Shown: positions 29,312 through 39,967 of the stretch, piece after piece
Position numbering within the stretch: the stretch's first letter is position 1
Layout: each line of letters begins with the position of its first letter
Source of the DNA: an uncultured delta proteobacterium
GTDB taxonomy: Bacteria > Desulfobacterota > Desulfomonilia > Desulfomonilales > Desulfomonilaceae
Length of the DNA: 64,000 nt
Direction: 5' to 3'
Assembly (NCBI GenBank): GCA_963789265.1
Contig: CAWBKB010000003.1
Location: forward strand, 96,001 to 160,000
The notes under the pieces: generated by a model
What the model saw: only the letters and a program-made list of their open reading frames with translations
The model's database searches: none
What the model was told of the DNA's origin: nothing
Position numbers and translations under genes: made by a program

Positions 29312-30148
29312 TCATGCCTCCCTTTTCGGGAGTTTTTTCTCGAGCACCAGCGACACCTCGGCGATTTTCAGGCGCAATAGCCCGAGAGACAATGTGTTAC
29401 TGAAGATGGTGACAATTATGTACTCTGATCCTACTCGGCTGAAGTGGAATGATTCGTTATGCCCTTTATAAAATAGGAGGACAAAATCCCTCTCCCCTAT
29501 GAGGCGCGCGATCTGTTCGGTAGCTGCAAAGTTAGCCGCGGCCACGGCGGCCAGAGAGACAGCGTCTAACTCAACCTTGTCGCCTATTTGTAAGATCAAC
29601 GAGCCGGCCGTGTCGATGATCATAAGCGACGAAATCCCTTCGGTCATGATCTCGCGCGATAGGAATTCCCTTACGTCGTTCAATATCTCCACATTGACAA
29701 TAATATCCGCGCTGCGTCCCGTCTTGATTCTTTCGACTTTGTCCAACTCCTGTTCCAGGACGGCTTTGTCCAGAAAACTGTCTCGAGCGGCCACAGCTCT
29801 TGGTCCTGCAAGCTGTTCCAGCCGCATTAGGCTGGATGCAAAAGAATCGACCAGCATAGAGTCCTGTGGCCCTGCTTTGGTGAGCGCTTGAAGCATTTCG
29901 GAGTGAGGGCTCAGTCGATCTTTCAGGTCCTTGTTTCCTAGGTGGTCTGCGGCCGAGATTAGAAGACCGAGCACCCTCTCCACTTTTAGGACAGATTTGG
30001 AATAATCACCCGGTTGTGCCTGGAAGTCCTGCATCAGACTTCGGGCATTATCTATATATGCCCACAGAAAGGCGGGCAGCTTCCCAAGGATCTCGACTTC
30101 CGCAGAGCCTTTAAAGATGTCGTCAGAACCTAGATCGTGTGACGTCAT
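29312..30148 (-). CDS. mglB: MglB-like roadblock/LC7 protein with N-terminal helical extension
   Basis: IIDTAGSLI, SLAAVAAANFAAT..IARLIGERDF, SLGLLRLKI; directly upstream of mglA. Confidence 0.88.
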   Translation of the reverse strand: MTSHDLGSDDIFKGSAEVEILGKLPAFLWAYIDNARSLMQDFQAQPGDYSKSVLKVERVLGLLISAADHLGNKDLKDRLSPHSEMLQALTKAGPQDSMLVDSFASSLMRLEQLAGPRAVAARDSFLDKAVLEQELDKVERIKTGRSADIIVNVEILNDVREFLSREIMTEGISSLMIIDTAGSLILQIGDKVELDAVSLAAVAAANFAATEQIARLIGERDFVLLFYKGHNESFHFSRVGSEYIIVTIFSNTLSLGLLRLKIAEVSLVLEKKLPKREA

Positions 30149-30448
30149 TGCCTTTCAGTCCTCTATTTGGAAAGATGCATCGGACATGGGTAAGCATAGT
30201 ATGCAGTCTATCAGTGACTGGAAATATCAGATTGATCCCTTGCACAAAATGCTGCTTCGAGCGGCGGCTCTTCATGGCAAAAGAAAACTCTTCTACACAA
30301 GAGGCCCCTCAGTACGACCCGGATCAAACATTAGCACATTATAAGCTTTTTTTGGAGGGTTAATCGGGAAATGTCCATGATTTTCTCTTCATTAGATACG
30401 TAGCTACCCTGCGAGATTCGAACTTCCGGCAGAAGAGAATGTCATAAT

Positions 30449-33216
30449 CTATCGAACACCCTTGGCTTCGGCTATGCGCCGGGCATGCGTAGCCACAACT
30501 TGAGAAATGTTCTTGCTCTTGGCCAGTTTTCTCAGATCCAACTCTCTAAAATGGGGCAAAAATTGTATGACTATGGGGATTGGAGTCTTGGAATTGAATG
30601 CCAGGTTGAGCTTGACATGGTACAGCTTCGACCATTCCTTTGTTGAGGCTATCTGACGGAGCACCTCTTCGCAGACGTGCCTGGATTTGCTGATGGCATC
30701 GACCTCGGACTCCTGAATTTTGGGAGACTTGACGACAGCAAGCGCGACCATTTTGTTGCTATCGCGAACGAGAATCTCTCGAGCCTCCTTGTTCCCCATA
30801 AAGGCGAGCTTCACCTTCTCCGCTACCCCCATTCGCAAAATCTGATGGTAAAGGCTCTCGGTACTGAGCTTCCGACAACTCCCATTCGGGAAGTTCACCA
30901 GGCACAGTAACTCGTGTGATCTCCTGGGGAATCAATTTCATCGCCTCGGTGAAAAACTCAGATAGCGGCTTATCGGCTGTTATCGGAAATTGTTCATGCG
31001 CGGGACGGACAAGAAACCTGGAGCTATTCCATGCTATCATGGCAGCCATGGCCTCAAGCGGTCCTTCCTTTCCATCTACATGAGCATGGAGAATTCGAGC
31101 ACGGTCTCTAACGATCTGCCCCGATCCTTCTTCGCACAGTACCGACACCTCCATAGGAATCGGCGAACCTTCCAGAGCTGAAAGCACTTCCAGAAACGTC
31201 CATCGCTTCCGGACTTCCGGACATCAACTGTAGCCACGTCCGATCCTGATCCGGAGTACTCGGTCCTGCCTCCGGTCTGTTGACAAGCTCTTCGGCGGCT
31301 TGCTGGTCGATGTTTTCCGTATGGAAATGCGTGCGTAGCGTGTAGCGAAACTTAAGATCGGTGGTCTGCAACATAGCCTCGACAGCCTGAGGCCCTTCCA
31401 GGCCCCCCCACCTGGCTCCAATCATTCTGCCCCGTCTGAAAAAGACTCGACCGGAATGCTTCACAGCTTCCAACACAATCGTCCCGGAGCGGGCTCCCTG
31501 AGAGGATGCTCGGATAAGACCGCCCAATCCGCACATGTTCAGCGGCCCTTCTACCTTAATTTCTCCCTGCCCCTGAAGAAGCGACTCTTCAAAACCGTCG
31601 ATTCGTTTCCTCAGTTCCGGTTCATCCGCCACCAACTCGGCTAGCTTCGCTACCACCGCGGAGCTCTTCTCCAGGAGCTTCCGGTTTTCCAAGAGTGTCT
31701 CGATAACCCTGGGGCTCTGCCAGTTATCCAAAATATATAGAGCAGTTTCTTCCAGTATAGTTGGGCACGAGGCAGCTACTGCAATCAGGGACTCTTCACG
31801 AATTGTTTCCCGTATGAGGAAATCCATGACCGAGGGGTGGAGATCCGATCCGAAACCCTTGCGGTATGTGCGCATATCAAGCGACTCGAGAGTCTTTCTG
31901 GCTTCTTCTCTGATCTCCTGAGATTCATCGTGGGAAAGGTAACTGAGCAGAACTAGCTTTTCAGTTGTGGATACTGGTGCCTTGCCCCGCGCCGCTTTGA
32001 GCCTGATATCGTGATCAGTAGCCGGATTGAGGTATTTGTGGACCGTTTTGGAGATTTTGACTCTTATCGCTTTGCGGACCAGCGGGTTGACGTCGGATTC
32101 GAGGGTCTCACGGGCGTGCTCATTGTCGCCGAAAACCAGACGGACTTTCTCGAGTATAGGCAGGGTAACGACGTCCTGCCCCTCGAAGAGTTCGTTTATC
32201 AAGGCCAGTTCGGTAGTGATTCGATCCGTCGCGGTTACGCCTTCGTCGAGCAAGCGCATAGCTTCGATAATCAAGTTCTGCATTCCTGCATGAATGACTT
32301 CCCGAACTTCTTCGCCGCCCCGGCTGATGCAAAAATCGGCGTTGGGCCAAGCCAAAATCTGATAGGCTGCATCGACTCCCGTGAGACTTGCAAGAGAAGC
32401 ATTCACGATTCTGCCTCCCTTGAAATACAAGTCTCCTTCTTCGCCATCCCGTTTCAGCCGGCACACGGCCTGTTTTGAGTTCATCTCGAATATCTCTGAT
32501 ATTTCAAAGACGTTCATGACCCTGAAGTGCCCTTCCACCTTCCAGTGTCTGCTGGCTTCGTTTTCGAAGGGATCCACGTCCGGCGTATGTTCAAGGGCGG
32601 CCATAACCAAATTGAGAGTGTTGATGCTTACCCTATTACGTATGTTTTGCGGCGGAGCGTGGACATACTCGAAGGCAGCGTCGATCCATCCGAAAGCCTT
32701 GTAAATGGCTTCAAGTCCTTCGCTTTCTCCCGCCACAGCGCCAACCACCCTGCCGCTTTCCGTGTACACTGTTGCAATTTCTTCGCCCCTGCTCAGGGTA
32801 ATGCAAACCGAGCGGTTATTGTGATCAATGGCCTGGAGCAGCTCCCCGAGCCCAAGCAGTCCGATGTTTCCTCTCACCGATTCACTGTCTGTACGAGCTT
32901 CTGCCTCCGCCTTTGCCCCTGAACCCACCTTCTCTATTACCTTCAGGACAATTTCGCGGATAGGATCGGGAAGTTCCGGCTTGTCCGGCCTGTTGAACCA
33001 ATTTCTGGCCGCCGGGATCAGATTTTTTCTGGCTTGTGACGATATTTCGGGATCAGAGTCCCGGGACAAGTAGCAGAGGATTATCAGAGTGTCGTGCAAA
33101 GTGAACTCGGCCTGCATGGCCGCGGCTTGCATCTTCTTTTCGCGGGTTGCCTTGACACCTATGAATTTTGCCAAGCGCGATCCTACGGCTACTATTTTTT
33201 TTTCACCGTCGGGCAT
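30449..33216 (-). CDS. About 920-aa protein with four DUF4388 (PatA_N-like) domains and duplicated HEAT/ARM-like blocks, read through two frameshifts (about 31195 and 30860)
   Basis: ORFs 31108-33234, 30759-31187 and 30449-30898 join by removing one base each (GAC GTT [T]CTG GAA; TAC [C]GAG AGC). Four 'G.l....l.ell......g.l......g.vyf..Griv.A....G.eA....l.W....F' units. Confidence 0.75.
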
Positions 33217-33266
33217 CAGGTTTCTTGACCTCAACTATATGCCGGATAGGGCATGTATTGTCGCGG

Positions 33267-33295
33267 ATAGTAGGAGCGAGGAGCTAATTTGTCAA
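33267..33295 (-). promoter_or_regulatory. Sigma-70 promoter for the DUF4388 gene
   Basis: Minus strand TTGACA-17 nt-TACTAT. Confidence 0.65.
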
Positions 33296-33316
33296 CATTG
33301 CACAGCATCCCGGTGC

Positions 33317-33345
33317 TTGCCACGAAGAGACTCATTGAGTATTGT
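33317..33345 (+). promoter_or_regulatory. Divergent sigma-70 promoter
   Basis: TTGCCA-17 nt-TATTGT; predicted transcription start about 33352. Confidence 0.55.
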
Positions 33346-33351
33346 TACCCC

Positions 33352-33586
33352 GTGAGCTGCACGAAGCTCCCGGAAGCGATGGTCGGGATCAAGCCCCACA
33401 GCTTTAATAAGCGAATAAGCCAGGCCAGCGGCTGCCCGCACTCCCTGTCCTTCTTGGAAGAGAACTGATCAACCCCTGAAGGTCACGCTCTATGATTACC
33501 CGGTCATGGTTCCGAGCCTACAGCGGATCATGCGCTCCTCAACGTGGATCGGTAAGTCTAATAGTCCGGGGCCGCATGTTCGACTC
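33352..33586 (+). ncRNA. Candidate structured non-coding RNA or long 5' leader (family not identified)
   Basis: Begins at the predicted start site; GCTCCCGGA pairs with TCCGGGGC; GATTACC pairs with GGTAAGTC; CATGGTTCCG/CGGATCATG hairpin; several small hairpins. Confidence 0.45.
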
Positions 33587-34505
33587 CTCTCTCAATCCTG
33601 TTGATCCGCTGGAAGATGCCGTACTGTGCACCGTCGCCATAGGCAAAAGGCTCGACAAAAGAAGGGACTGGAACGGGTCAAGGACTTCTCCTGCTCGATC
33701 GCCCATCCTGTGCTTGCTTATCGGAGTCTGTGCTGCGCTCACGATGGTGGGTTGCGCGAAGAAGGTTGTTCGTCACGGGATACCGTTTGAACTGGACAGC
33801 GTGTTCACGGGAACCCCGTCCACCAAGGAGGAGTCGTGGAAGGAAAAAGGCATCCGCCTGGCGAAAGAAAAGGATTATTCGCAAGCCATCGAAGCATTTA
33901 TGCAACAAGTCCTTGAGGAGCCGGAAAGCTTTTTCGGCTTCAATGCAATCGCTGTCTGCTACAAGAACCTGGGTGACCATGCCAATGCAATGAAAAACTT
34001 TGAGCGAGCTCTCGAATTTACCAACTCGCGCGAGGAGAAAGCAAAGGTACTGGCCAACATCGGGAACCTCTATTTCTCGGCAAACAAGCCGCAGGTGGCA
34101 CTGGGCTACTACAAAGAAGCGGCCTCGGAGTTTCCCAAGGATCCCCTCTATCTGGTTCTCATTGCCAGGACTTTTGTAATCCTGAATGATTACGACCGGG
34201 CCAGGAAAGTGCTCGCTGCAGCAGAACACATCCACAAGAACTTGGAAAATTACGAACGTGGCGAAGACAAAGGGCTGGGATCATATCTGGCGGCGTATTG
34301 CTATTTGGCTCTGAATGACGAGAAGAAAGGGTTCAAATATCTGGAGAGTGCGCTCAAGGCCAATCCCGAAAAGTACGTCCCGCGGATCGAAAAAGATGCC
34401 TCGGATGAGAGGAACCTGTTATATACTTTAAGGGACGATCCGGTGCTCGAGAAGACCATAGCAAAGTACGCTGCAAAAACTGAACATCCTCCTCAGAGTG
34501 ATTGA
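33576..34505 (+). CDS. TPR-repeat lipoprotein (start uncertain)
   Basis: Lipobox-like LTMVG|C followed by 4-5 TPR repeats. Confidence 0.8.
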   Translation: MFDSSLNPVDPLEDAVLCTVAIGKRLDKRRDWNGSRTSPARSPILCLLIGVCAALTMVGCAKKVVRHGIPFELDSVFTGTPSTKEESWKEKGIRLAKEKDYSQAIEAFMQQVLEEPESFFGFNAIAVCYKNLGDHANAMKNFERALEFTNSREEKAKVLANIGNLYFSANKPQVALGYYKEAASEFPKDPLYLVLIARTFVILNDYDRARKVLAAAEHIHKNLENYERGEDKGLGSYLAAYCYLALNDEKKGFKYLESALKANPEKYVPRIEKDASDERNLLYTLRDDPVLEKTIAKYAAKTEHPPQSD

Positions 34506-34629
34506 CAGTATGGCTTCCGAGGATTCTTCTGGACAATAGCCCCAATCATGATAATAATTCAGTGAGACGTTAGTGAATTGACGATCTCAAAGGGGCCACT
34601 GGCGGAGTGCGGATTTCCTGGAGGAGCCC

Positions 34630-36201
34630 GTGAAAAGAAGATTTGGCGAACTGCTCGATAGCGCCGGTCTGATGTTTCGGGAAATCGACAAATGCTTCAC
34701 GGTTACCTTCGCTAATGACCTTCTAAAAAAGAGGCTCGGAGACCCGCATGGCCATATCTGCCATAAGTTTACGGCCGGCCGCGATGACGCATGCGTGGAC
34801 TGTGCAGTACAGAAAGTTTTCAATGGCGCGGATCGCGCAGTGTCAAACCACGAGCGACGTGATAAGGACGGCCGGGTCACCTGGCTTGAACACACTGCGA
34901 CGCCTATCAAGAACGATGCCGGAGAAGTAATCGGGGCAAATGAGTTGACCATCGATATTACACATCGCAAGCAAACCGAAGAATGGCTGGAAGACTCGGA
35001 CCGGCTTTATCGCAATCTGGTAGAACAGGTTCCTGATGTCATATTTTCACTCGATCCCAGGGGAATCTTTACTTTTGTGAATACCCAGGTGGAAAATTTC
35101 CTCGGATACCCGGTTGACCGGATTCTTGAAACTCCTCTCAAGCAGTATGTGGTTCCTGAAGACAGGGAGCTAGTGGAGACCATCCTGACCTTGGAGCCTG
35201 AAGCGATATGGGATGAGGAGATTGCGATCCTGGATTCCCGGGGGGCTAAAAAGGTTGCCAGGATTCGATGCAAAGCGTCGTTCAAAGGTGGCCGGCGTCC
35301 TGTGGGATTCGAGGGCGTGATGCGAGACAGGACAGTCCGGCGCAAACTGGAAGAAGAGCTCAAGGCGTCCAAAGAGGCTTTGGTAGAGAAGATAAGGATT
35401 ATAGATGAGCTTTACGAGCACATAGTTCAGTCCGGCAAGTGCAAGGCCATTGAGGAACATACCGCTGAAGTGGCGCACGAACTACGACAACCGTTGGCCA
35501 TCGTGGGCGGATTTGCCAGAAGAATGGCGCGTCAGTTTGATTCCTCGGAACCACCTGACGTGGAACGGCAAAAACAATATACGAGGATAATTGTACATGA
35601 GATCCAACGGCTGGAGAAGATACTGGACCGGCTTATCGATTTCACCAAACGCGAAAGCGTGAAGCTCCAGCGAATAAACCCGAACGAACTGATTGAGTAC
35701 ATTCTAGGAGTAACCGAAGCTCGGATGGGTGAGAAAGAAATTAGGCTGAACTTGAGTCTGGGCCCTGAAATAGGAGAAATTCCTCTTGACCCGGGCCGCT
35801 TTCAACAGTTGGTGCTAAATCTAGTGTCAAATGCCATCGAGGCTTCTCCTCTGGGAGGTGCAATCGATTTGGAGACGGGCGTTTCCATCCCGAGCGAGAA
35901 AGCGGTCAGAACGGGGGAATTGGCATCGGCTGGATATTTTGAACTGAAGATCCGAAATAACGGGCAGGGCATCCCGCCCGAGGCTTTGCAGAAAGTATTC
36001 AATCCCTTTTTCACCACCAAGGCGCAGGGCACTGGTTTGGGATTAACGGTGACGAAGAAGATTGTAGAAGATCACAATGGCTCTATCTCGGTAAAATCAG
36101 ACACAGGCGGAACCCTCTTCACCATTTGGCTACCGCTCAACCAACCCGAAGGCCGTAACTCCTTCGGCTTCGTGCAACCGGCTCTCGGAGCCTTGGACTG
36201 A
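34630..36201 (+). CDS. Cytoplasmic PAS-PAS sensor histidine kinase
   Basis: Two PAS/PAC domains; VAHELRQPL, NLVSNAIEA, NNGQGI, FNPFFTTK, GTGLGL; no cognate regulator adjacent. Confidence 0.92.
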   Translation: MKRRFGELLDSAGLMFREIDKCFTVTFANDLLKKRLGDPHGHICHKFTAGRDDACVDCAVQKVFNGADRAVSNHERRDKDGRVTWLEHTATPIKNDAGEVIGANELTIDITHRKQTEEWLEDSDRLYRNLVEQVPDVIFSLDPRGIFTFVNTQVENFLGYPVDRILETPLKQYVVPEDRELVETILTLEPEAIWDEEIAILDSRGAKKVARIRCKASFKGGRRPVGFEGVMRDRTVRRKLEEELKASKEALVEKIRIIDELYEHIVQSGKCKAIEEHTAEVAHELRQPLAIVGGFARRMARQFDSSEPPDVERQKQYTRIIVHEIQRLEKILDRLIDFTKRESVKLQRINPNELIEYILGVTEARMGEKEIRLNLSLGPEIGEIPLDPGRFQQLVLNLVSNAIEASPLGGAIDLETGVSIPSEKAVRTGELASAGYFELKIRNNGQGIPPEALQKVFNPFFTTKAQGTGLGLTVTKKIVEDHNGSISVKSDTGGTLFTIWLPLNQPEGRNSFGFVQPALGALD

Positions 36202-36222
36202 ATCTCTTTCCCGCCCAACGGT

Positions 36223-37132
36223 TCAGGCGATCAACAAATCCCGTAGCGCATCTTCAATATTGGAGAATTTGAACTTAAAACCCCGGGTCTGAAGAGCGCG
36301 CGGGACTACTCTTTGCCCCTTTAGAACCACTGACCCGAATTCACCCATAAGCGACCTGATCATGAATGACGGAGCGGGCATTATGGAAGGCCGCCGGAGG
36401 ACTTTGCCGACAGCCTCGGCAAGATCTTTGTTTCTTGCGGGCACCAGCGCCGTAAAATTTGTCGGCCCGTTTATCTCATTCTCGGCTATAACGAAGCCCG
36501 CAGCGCGGCACAGATCCTGTATATGAATCCAGGAGAACCACTGCCTTCCCCTTCCCAGGGGCCCCCCGATGAACAGGCGGAAGGGAAGAATCATCTGCGG
36601 TAGAGCGCCCCCATCTTTTCCAAGCACAATGCCGAAACGGGCCAAGACCACGCGGGCCCCTTTTTCTTGTGCCCTCGATGCCTCAGCTTCCCAGTCCCGG
36701 GCCAGGACCGCGAGAAAATCATTACCAGGTGGGGCAGTTTCATCCAGTTCCTCATCTCCGGTAAAGCCGTAATAGCCCACAGCCGAAGTACTCACCAAGG
36801 TGACCGAACTCCCGGTTTCCGCCGGAATCGCATCAACCAGATTTCCGGTCGTCATAATTCGCGTGTCCCGCAAAAGCTCTTTGTAAGCCGCGGTCCATCT
36901 CTTGAAAATCGGGACTCCGGCTAGATTAATCAACACATCGTGGCCTGCAATCGCATTCTGCCATGCGCCTGCTCTGGTTCCCTCGCCCACTACGTACGAT
37001 TCCCCTGTCGGCAAAAGCTTCCCCTTTGCCTCGCTCCGAACCAGAACCGGTAACCTCATGGCCTTCGTCGAGAAAAAACCGGCCGAGATAGCTTCCGACA
37101 AAACCGTTAGCGCCGGTAATAAAGATCTTCAT
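36223..37132 (-). CDS. TIGR01777/YfcH-family NAD-dependent epimerase, one frameshift near 37049
   Basis: MKIFITGANGFVG lies in ORF 36926-37315; INLAG, SAVGYYG, WIHIQD lie in ORF 36223-37101. Confidence 0.88.
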
Positions 37133-37187
37133 GGTTTGTGTTCCCCCCTTTCCTCCGGCACCATTGGCAAGGCCGAAGTGTTTTGTA

Positions 37188-37765
37188 TCAATTTTCGTAC
37201 TTGTTTCCCACGTCTGGAACTGCACAGTCGGCTTCAGAGCAACAGCACGTCCCGCCGGAGGCCTTTTCTTCCCATTCGGCGCAGACATCATTGGGACCGG
37301 CCGGCCGAGCCTCAATTATTTCGAGATCGTATTGCAGAGCCAAACCCGCAAGCGCATGATTCAGGTCAATGATAAGGAATCTCCCCGCACTTCTCGAATC
37401 ATTACAGTGTCCGGTGCGTCGGTAGGGTTTGCGATCAGCGGCAGTTCCATCCCCGGATAAGGCTGGTAGCCCGGCGGGAAATGAAAATCCGCCTTACTCT
37501 TCTCGATGACCAATTCCTCGTGCCGCTGCCCAAAGGCCTCTTCAGGTGGAACGGTGAAAGAGAGTTTCTCGCCTGTACTGCGCCCGACAAGGCGTCGTTC
37601 AAGGCCCGGGATCACGTGTCCGTAACCGGTCACGAAGTCCATAACCTCGCGCTCTCCGTCTCCCTTGAGTACCGGGCCGTTCTCTACTCGAACCGTGTAT
37701 CTTATTTTGACATAGCAGCTTCGTTCGGAAATTTTGCACGCCCGGCGTACCCCGCTTTCGGTCAT
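37188..37765 (-). CDS. slyD: SlyD-like FKBP-type peptidyl-prolyl isomerase, one frameshift near 37376
   Basis: GHVIPGLE, VPPEEAFG; the shifted frame gives IIDLNHALAG..YDLEII and a Cys-rich tail to the stop at 37188. Confidence 0.85.
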
Positions 37766-37814
37766 GAAACGTTCCTCCTGGAGAAAAACTCAACTACTTC
37801 CAAACCCAAGATAG

Positions 37815-38819
37815 TCATCGCATCCAGCATCTCACAAGGTGGCCTGAAGATTTCTTCTCGAGGGCCGGCGCTTCTTTGCATATTTCCTGAACTTCCGGGC
37901 ATCGATCCTGAAAGGTGCAGCCCCGCGGAAGATTCCGCATGTCCGGCACCATTCCTTTGATTACGTGCAATCGGGATTTGCCTTTTGCCTCTTCACCTAA
38001 ATGGGGAATCGACTCCAGCAGTCCTATCGTGTACGGGTGCTGCGGCGAAGAAAAAAGGCTATCCACAGGAGCTTCTTCAACAATCTTCCCAGTGTACATG
38101 ACCGCAACTCGGTCGGCCATCTCCGCGACCACTCCCAGGTCATGAGTGATTAGAATAATTCCCGTGCCTTTTTCGGTCTTGATCCCGTTCATTAATTCCA
38201 AGATCTGGGCCTGTATGGTGACATCCAGGGCGGTCGTCGGTTCATCTGCCAATATCAGCTTCGGATCACATGCCAAAGCCATGGCTATCATGACCCGTTG
38301 CCGCATGCCGCCGCTCAACTGGTGGGGATAATCCTTCGCCCTCTTTTCAGGGGATGGGATTCCCACTTTTCTGAGCATGACCACGGCTGCGTCAGCCGCC
38401 TCGCTCTTGGACATGTTGCGGTGAACGCGAAAGACCTCAGCAATTTGGTTCTGGACCTTGAAGACGGGGTTCAGGGAGGTCATGGGCTCCTGGAAAATCA
38501 TAGATATATCGTTTCCCCGGATCTTGCGCATTTGCGGTTCGCTCAATTTCAGCAAGTCGGCCCTTTCGAAGAGGATGCCGCCGGAAACTATTTTTCCAGG
38601 CGGGGATGGAATAAGACGCATGATCGAGAGGGCAGTAACGCTCTTGCCGCAGCCTGATTCCCCGACGAGTCCAACTGTTTCGCCGTATCCCACGCTCAGG
38701 TCCACGCCGTCGACCGCGGCGGCTGTACCATCCTCGGTTGTAAAGACGGTTCGCAGACCGCTTATCTTGAGAAGCTGGTTCGTCATGTTTGATGCCGGTT
38801 CGCTGTTAAGTACGGGCAC
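37815..38819 (-). CDS. Oligopeptide/dipeptide ABC transporter ATP-binding protein (OppD/DppD type)
   Basis: [35 protein letters not shown]-terminal Cys motif. Confidence 0.93.
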   Translation of the reverse strand: MPVLNSEPASNMTNQLLKISGLRTVFTTEDGTAAAVDGVDLSVGYGETVGLVGESGCGKSVTALSIMRLIPSPPGKIVSGGILFERADLLKLSEPQMRKIRGNDISMIFQEPMTSLNPVFKVQNQIAEVFRVHRNMSKSEAADAAVVMLRKVGIPSPEKRAKDYPHQLSGGMRQRVMIAMALACDPKLILADEPTTALDVTIQAQILELMNGIKTEKGTGIILITHDLGVVAEMADRVAVMYTGKIVEEAPVDSLFSSPQHPYTIGLLESIPHLGEEAKGKSRLHVIKGMVPDMRNLPRGCTFQDRCPEVQEICKEAPALEKKSSGHLVRCWMR

Positions 38820-38963
38820 GCATGCCGAACCCGTACTAGTGAACTGCCAATTTGTCGATAACGTGGCATTCCTTGCCTAATGCACATTGCGTATAAATCA
38901 CTACGCCCTCGAAGAGAAAATCTCAAGGGTATGGCCCGAGTTTGCCAAAGGTTTGAAGTGGCT

Positions 38964-39320
38964 TCAGATGTCGAGGTGGGGCAGAATGAAGAAAGCGCCG
39001 AAAAAACCACTTCCGAAACACAGCAGAGACACGAGAAGCGCCATCACCAGGAAGGAACTGCGATAGAGGAAAGCGTCGAGCGCCGAACAGGCCCATATTC
39101 CTACTGCAATGAGCAAGGATGGGGTCTGAACATCGTACTCCACATTATGCGTTACGAACAGAGGTACAAGGTAGAGCGCAACGTTGGCGAAAAACAGAAG
39201 TCCGGCGAAGATCCTGCCGCGAACCATTTGGCCCAAACCGGGAAATATCAGGGACAGAACCGCGGAATAAACCCTGGATCTTCCTTTCCTTTCTGTGCCG
39301 CGATCCTTGTTTTCCCGCAT
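38964..39320 (-). CDS. Hypothetical membrane protein
   Basis: LSLIFPGLGQ motif; about 4 TM segments; GGAG RBS. Confidence 0.65.
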   Translation of the reverse strand: MRENKDRGTERKGRSRVYSAVLSLIFPGLGQMVRGRIFAGLLFFANVALYLVPLFVTHNVEYDVQTPSLLIAVGIWACSALDAFLYRSSFLVMALLVSLLCFGSGFFGAFFILPHLDI

Positions 39321-39400
39321 ATCTTCAACTCCGTGTCAGCATTCTTATGCACCTATAGTAGAAGAGCCTTGGCAAGTCAATGCCCGGCCGGACCGGTTCA

Positions 39401-39967
39401 TCAATAATCTATGCCTTTTTGCGGCTCAATCCCCTCGCGATACGCGTGCTTGATTTCATTGACTTCCGAGACTGTGTGGGCTCTCTTTATCACTTCCGGA
39501 TGCGCGTCTCGCCCCGTCAGAACCAGATGCATCAGCGGCGGCTTGCTGTTGATCAGGTCCAGGACTTGTGAAAGATCCACCAGCCGAAGTTTCAGTGCGT
39601 TATTAATTTCATCGCAGACCAGAATGTCGAATTTTCCCGACAGCATCTTTTCCTTGGCAAGTTCGATCGCGTCCTGGGCATTTGCCCGATGTTCCTCGTA
39701 CGGGTACGGGTTCCCCTGGATTCCGCAGAATCCTTTACCCGTAAGGTGATGTTCCACTTGAGGGGCAAGTGCCTTCAACGCGTCGATTTCCCCGGTGTAC
39801 ATGTCCCCTTTCATAAACTGGACCAGACAAACACGCAATCCGTGCCCCACCGCGCGCAGGACCATTCCCAGCGCGGATGTGGTCTTCCCTTTGCCGTATC
39901 CGGTGATCACTACAATCAGCCCGACTTTCTCTTTCGGCTCCAACATTTGCAATGCCGGTTCGTCCAT
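39401..39967 (-). CDS. cobO: Cob(I)alamin adenosyltransferase (CobO/BtuR/CobA type)
   Basis: TGYGKGKTTSALG, VQFMKG, DEIN, LVLTGR, KGIDY; GGAGG RBS before ATG at 39967. Confidence 0.93.
   Translation of the reverse strand: MDEPALQMLEPKEKVGLIVVITGYGKGKTTSALGMVLRAVGHGLRVCLVQFMKGDMYTGEIDALKALAPQVEHHLTGKGFCGIQGNPYPYEEHRANAQDAIELAKEKMLSGKFDILVCDEINNALKLRLVDLSQVLDLINSKPPLMHLVLTGRDAHPEVIKRAHTVSEVNEIKHAYREGIEPQKGIDY

Noticed and set aside
33352..33586. Assignment of the candidate RNA as 6S, SRP or a known riboswitch
   Set aside because: Diagnostic motifs were not recognisable by eye, and the usual zapA/rny context of 6S is absent
37815..38819. Orphan OppD ATPase as a novel system
   Set aside because: Split ABC operons are common; partners are probably encoded elsewhere
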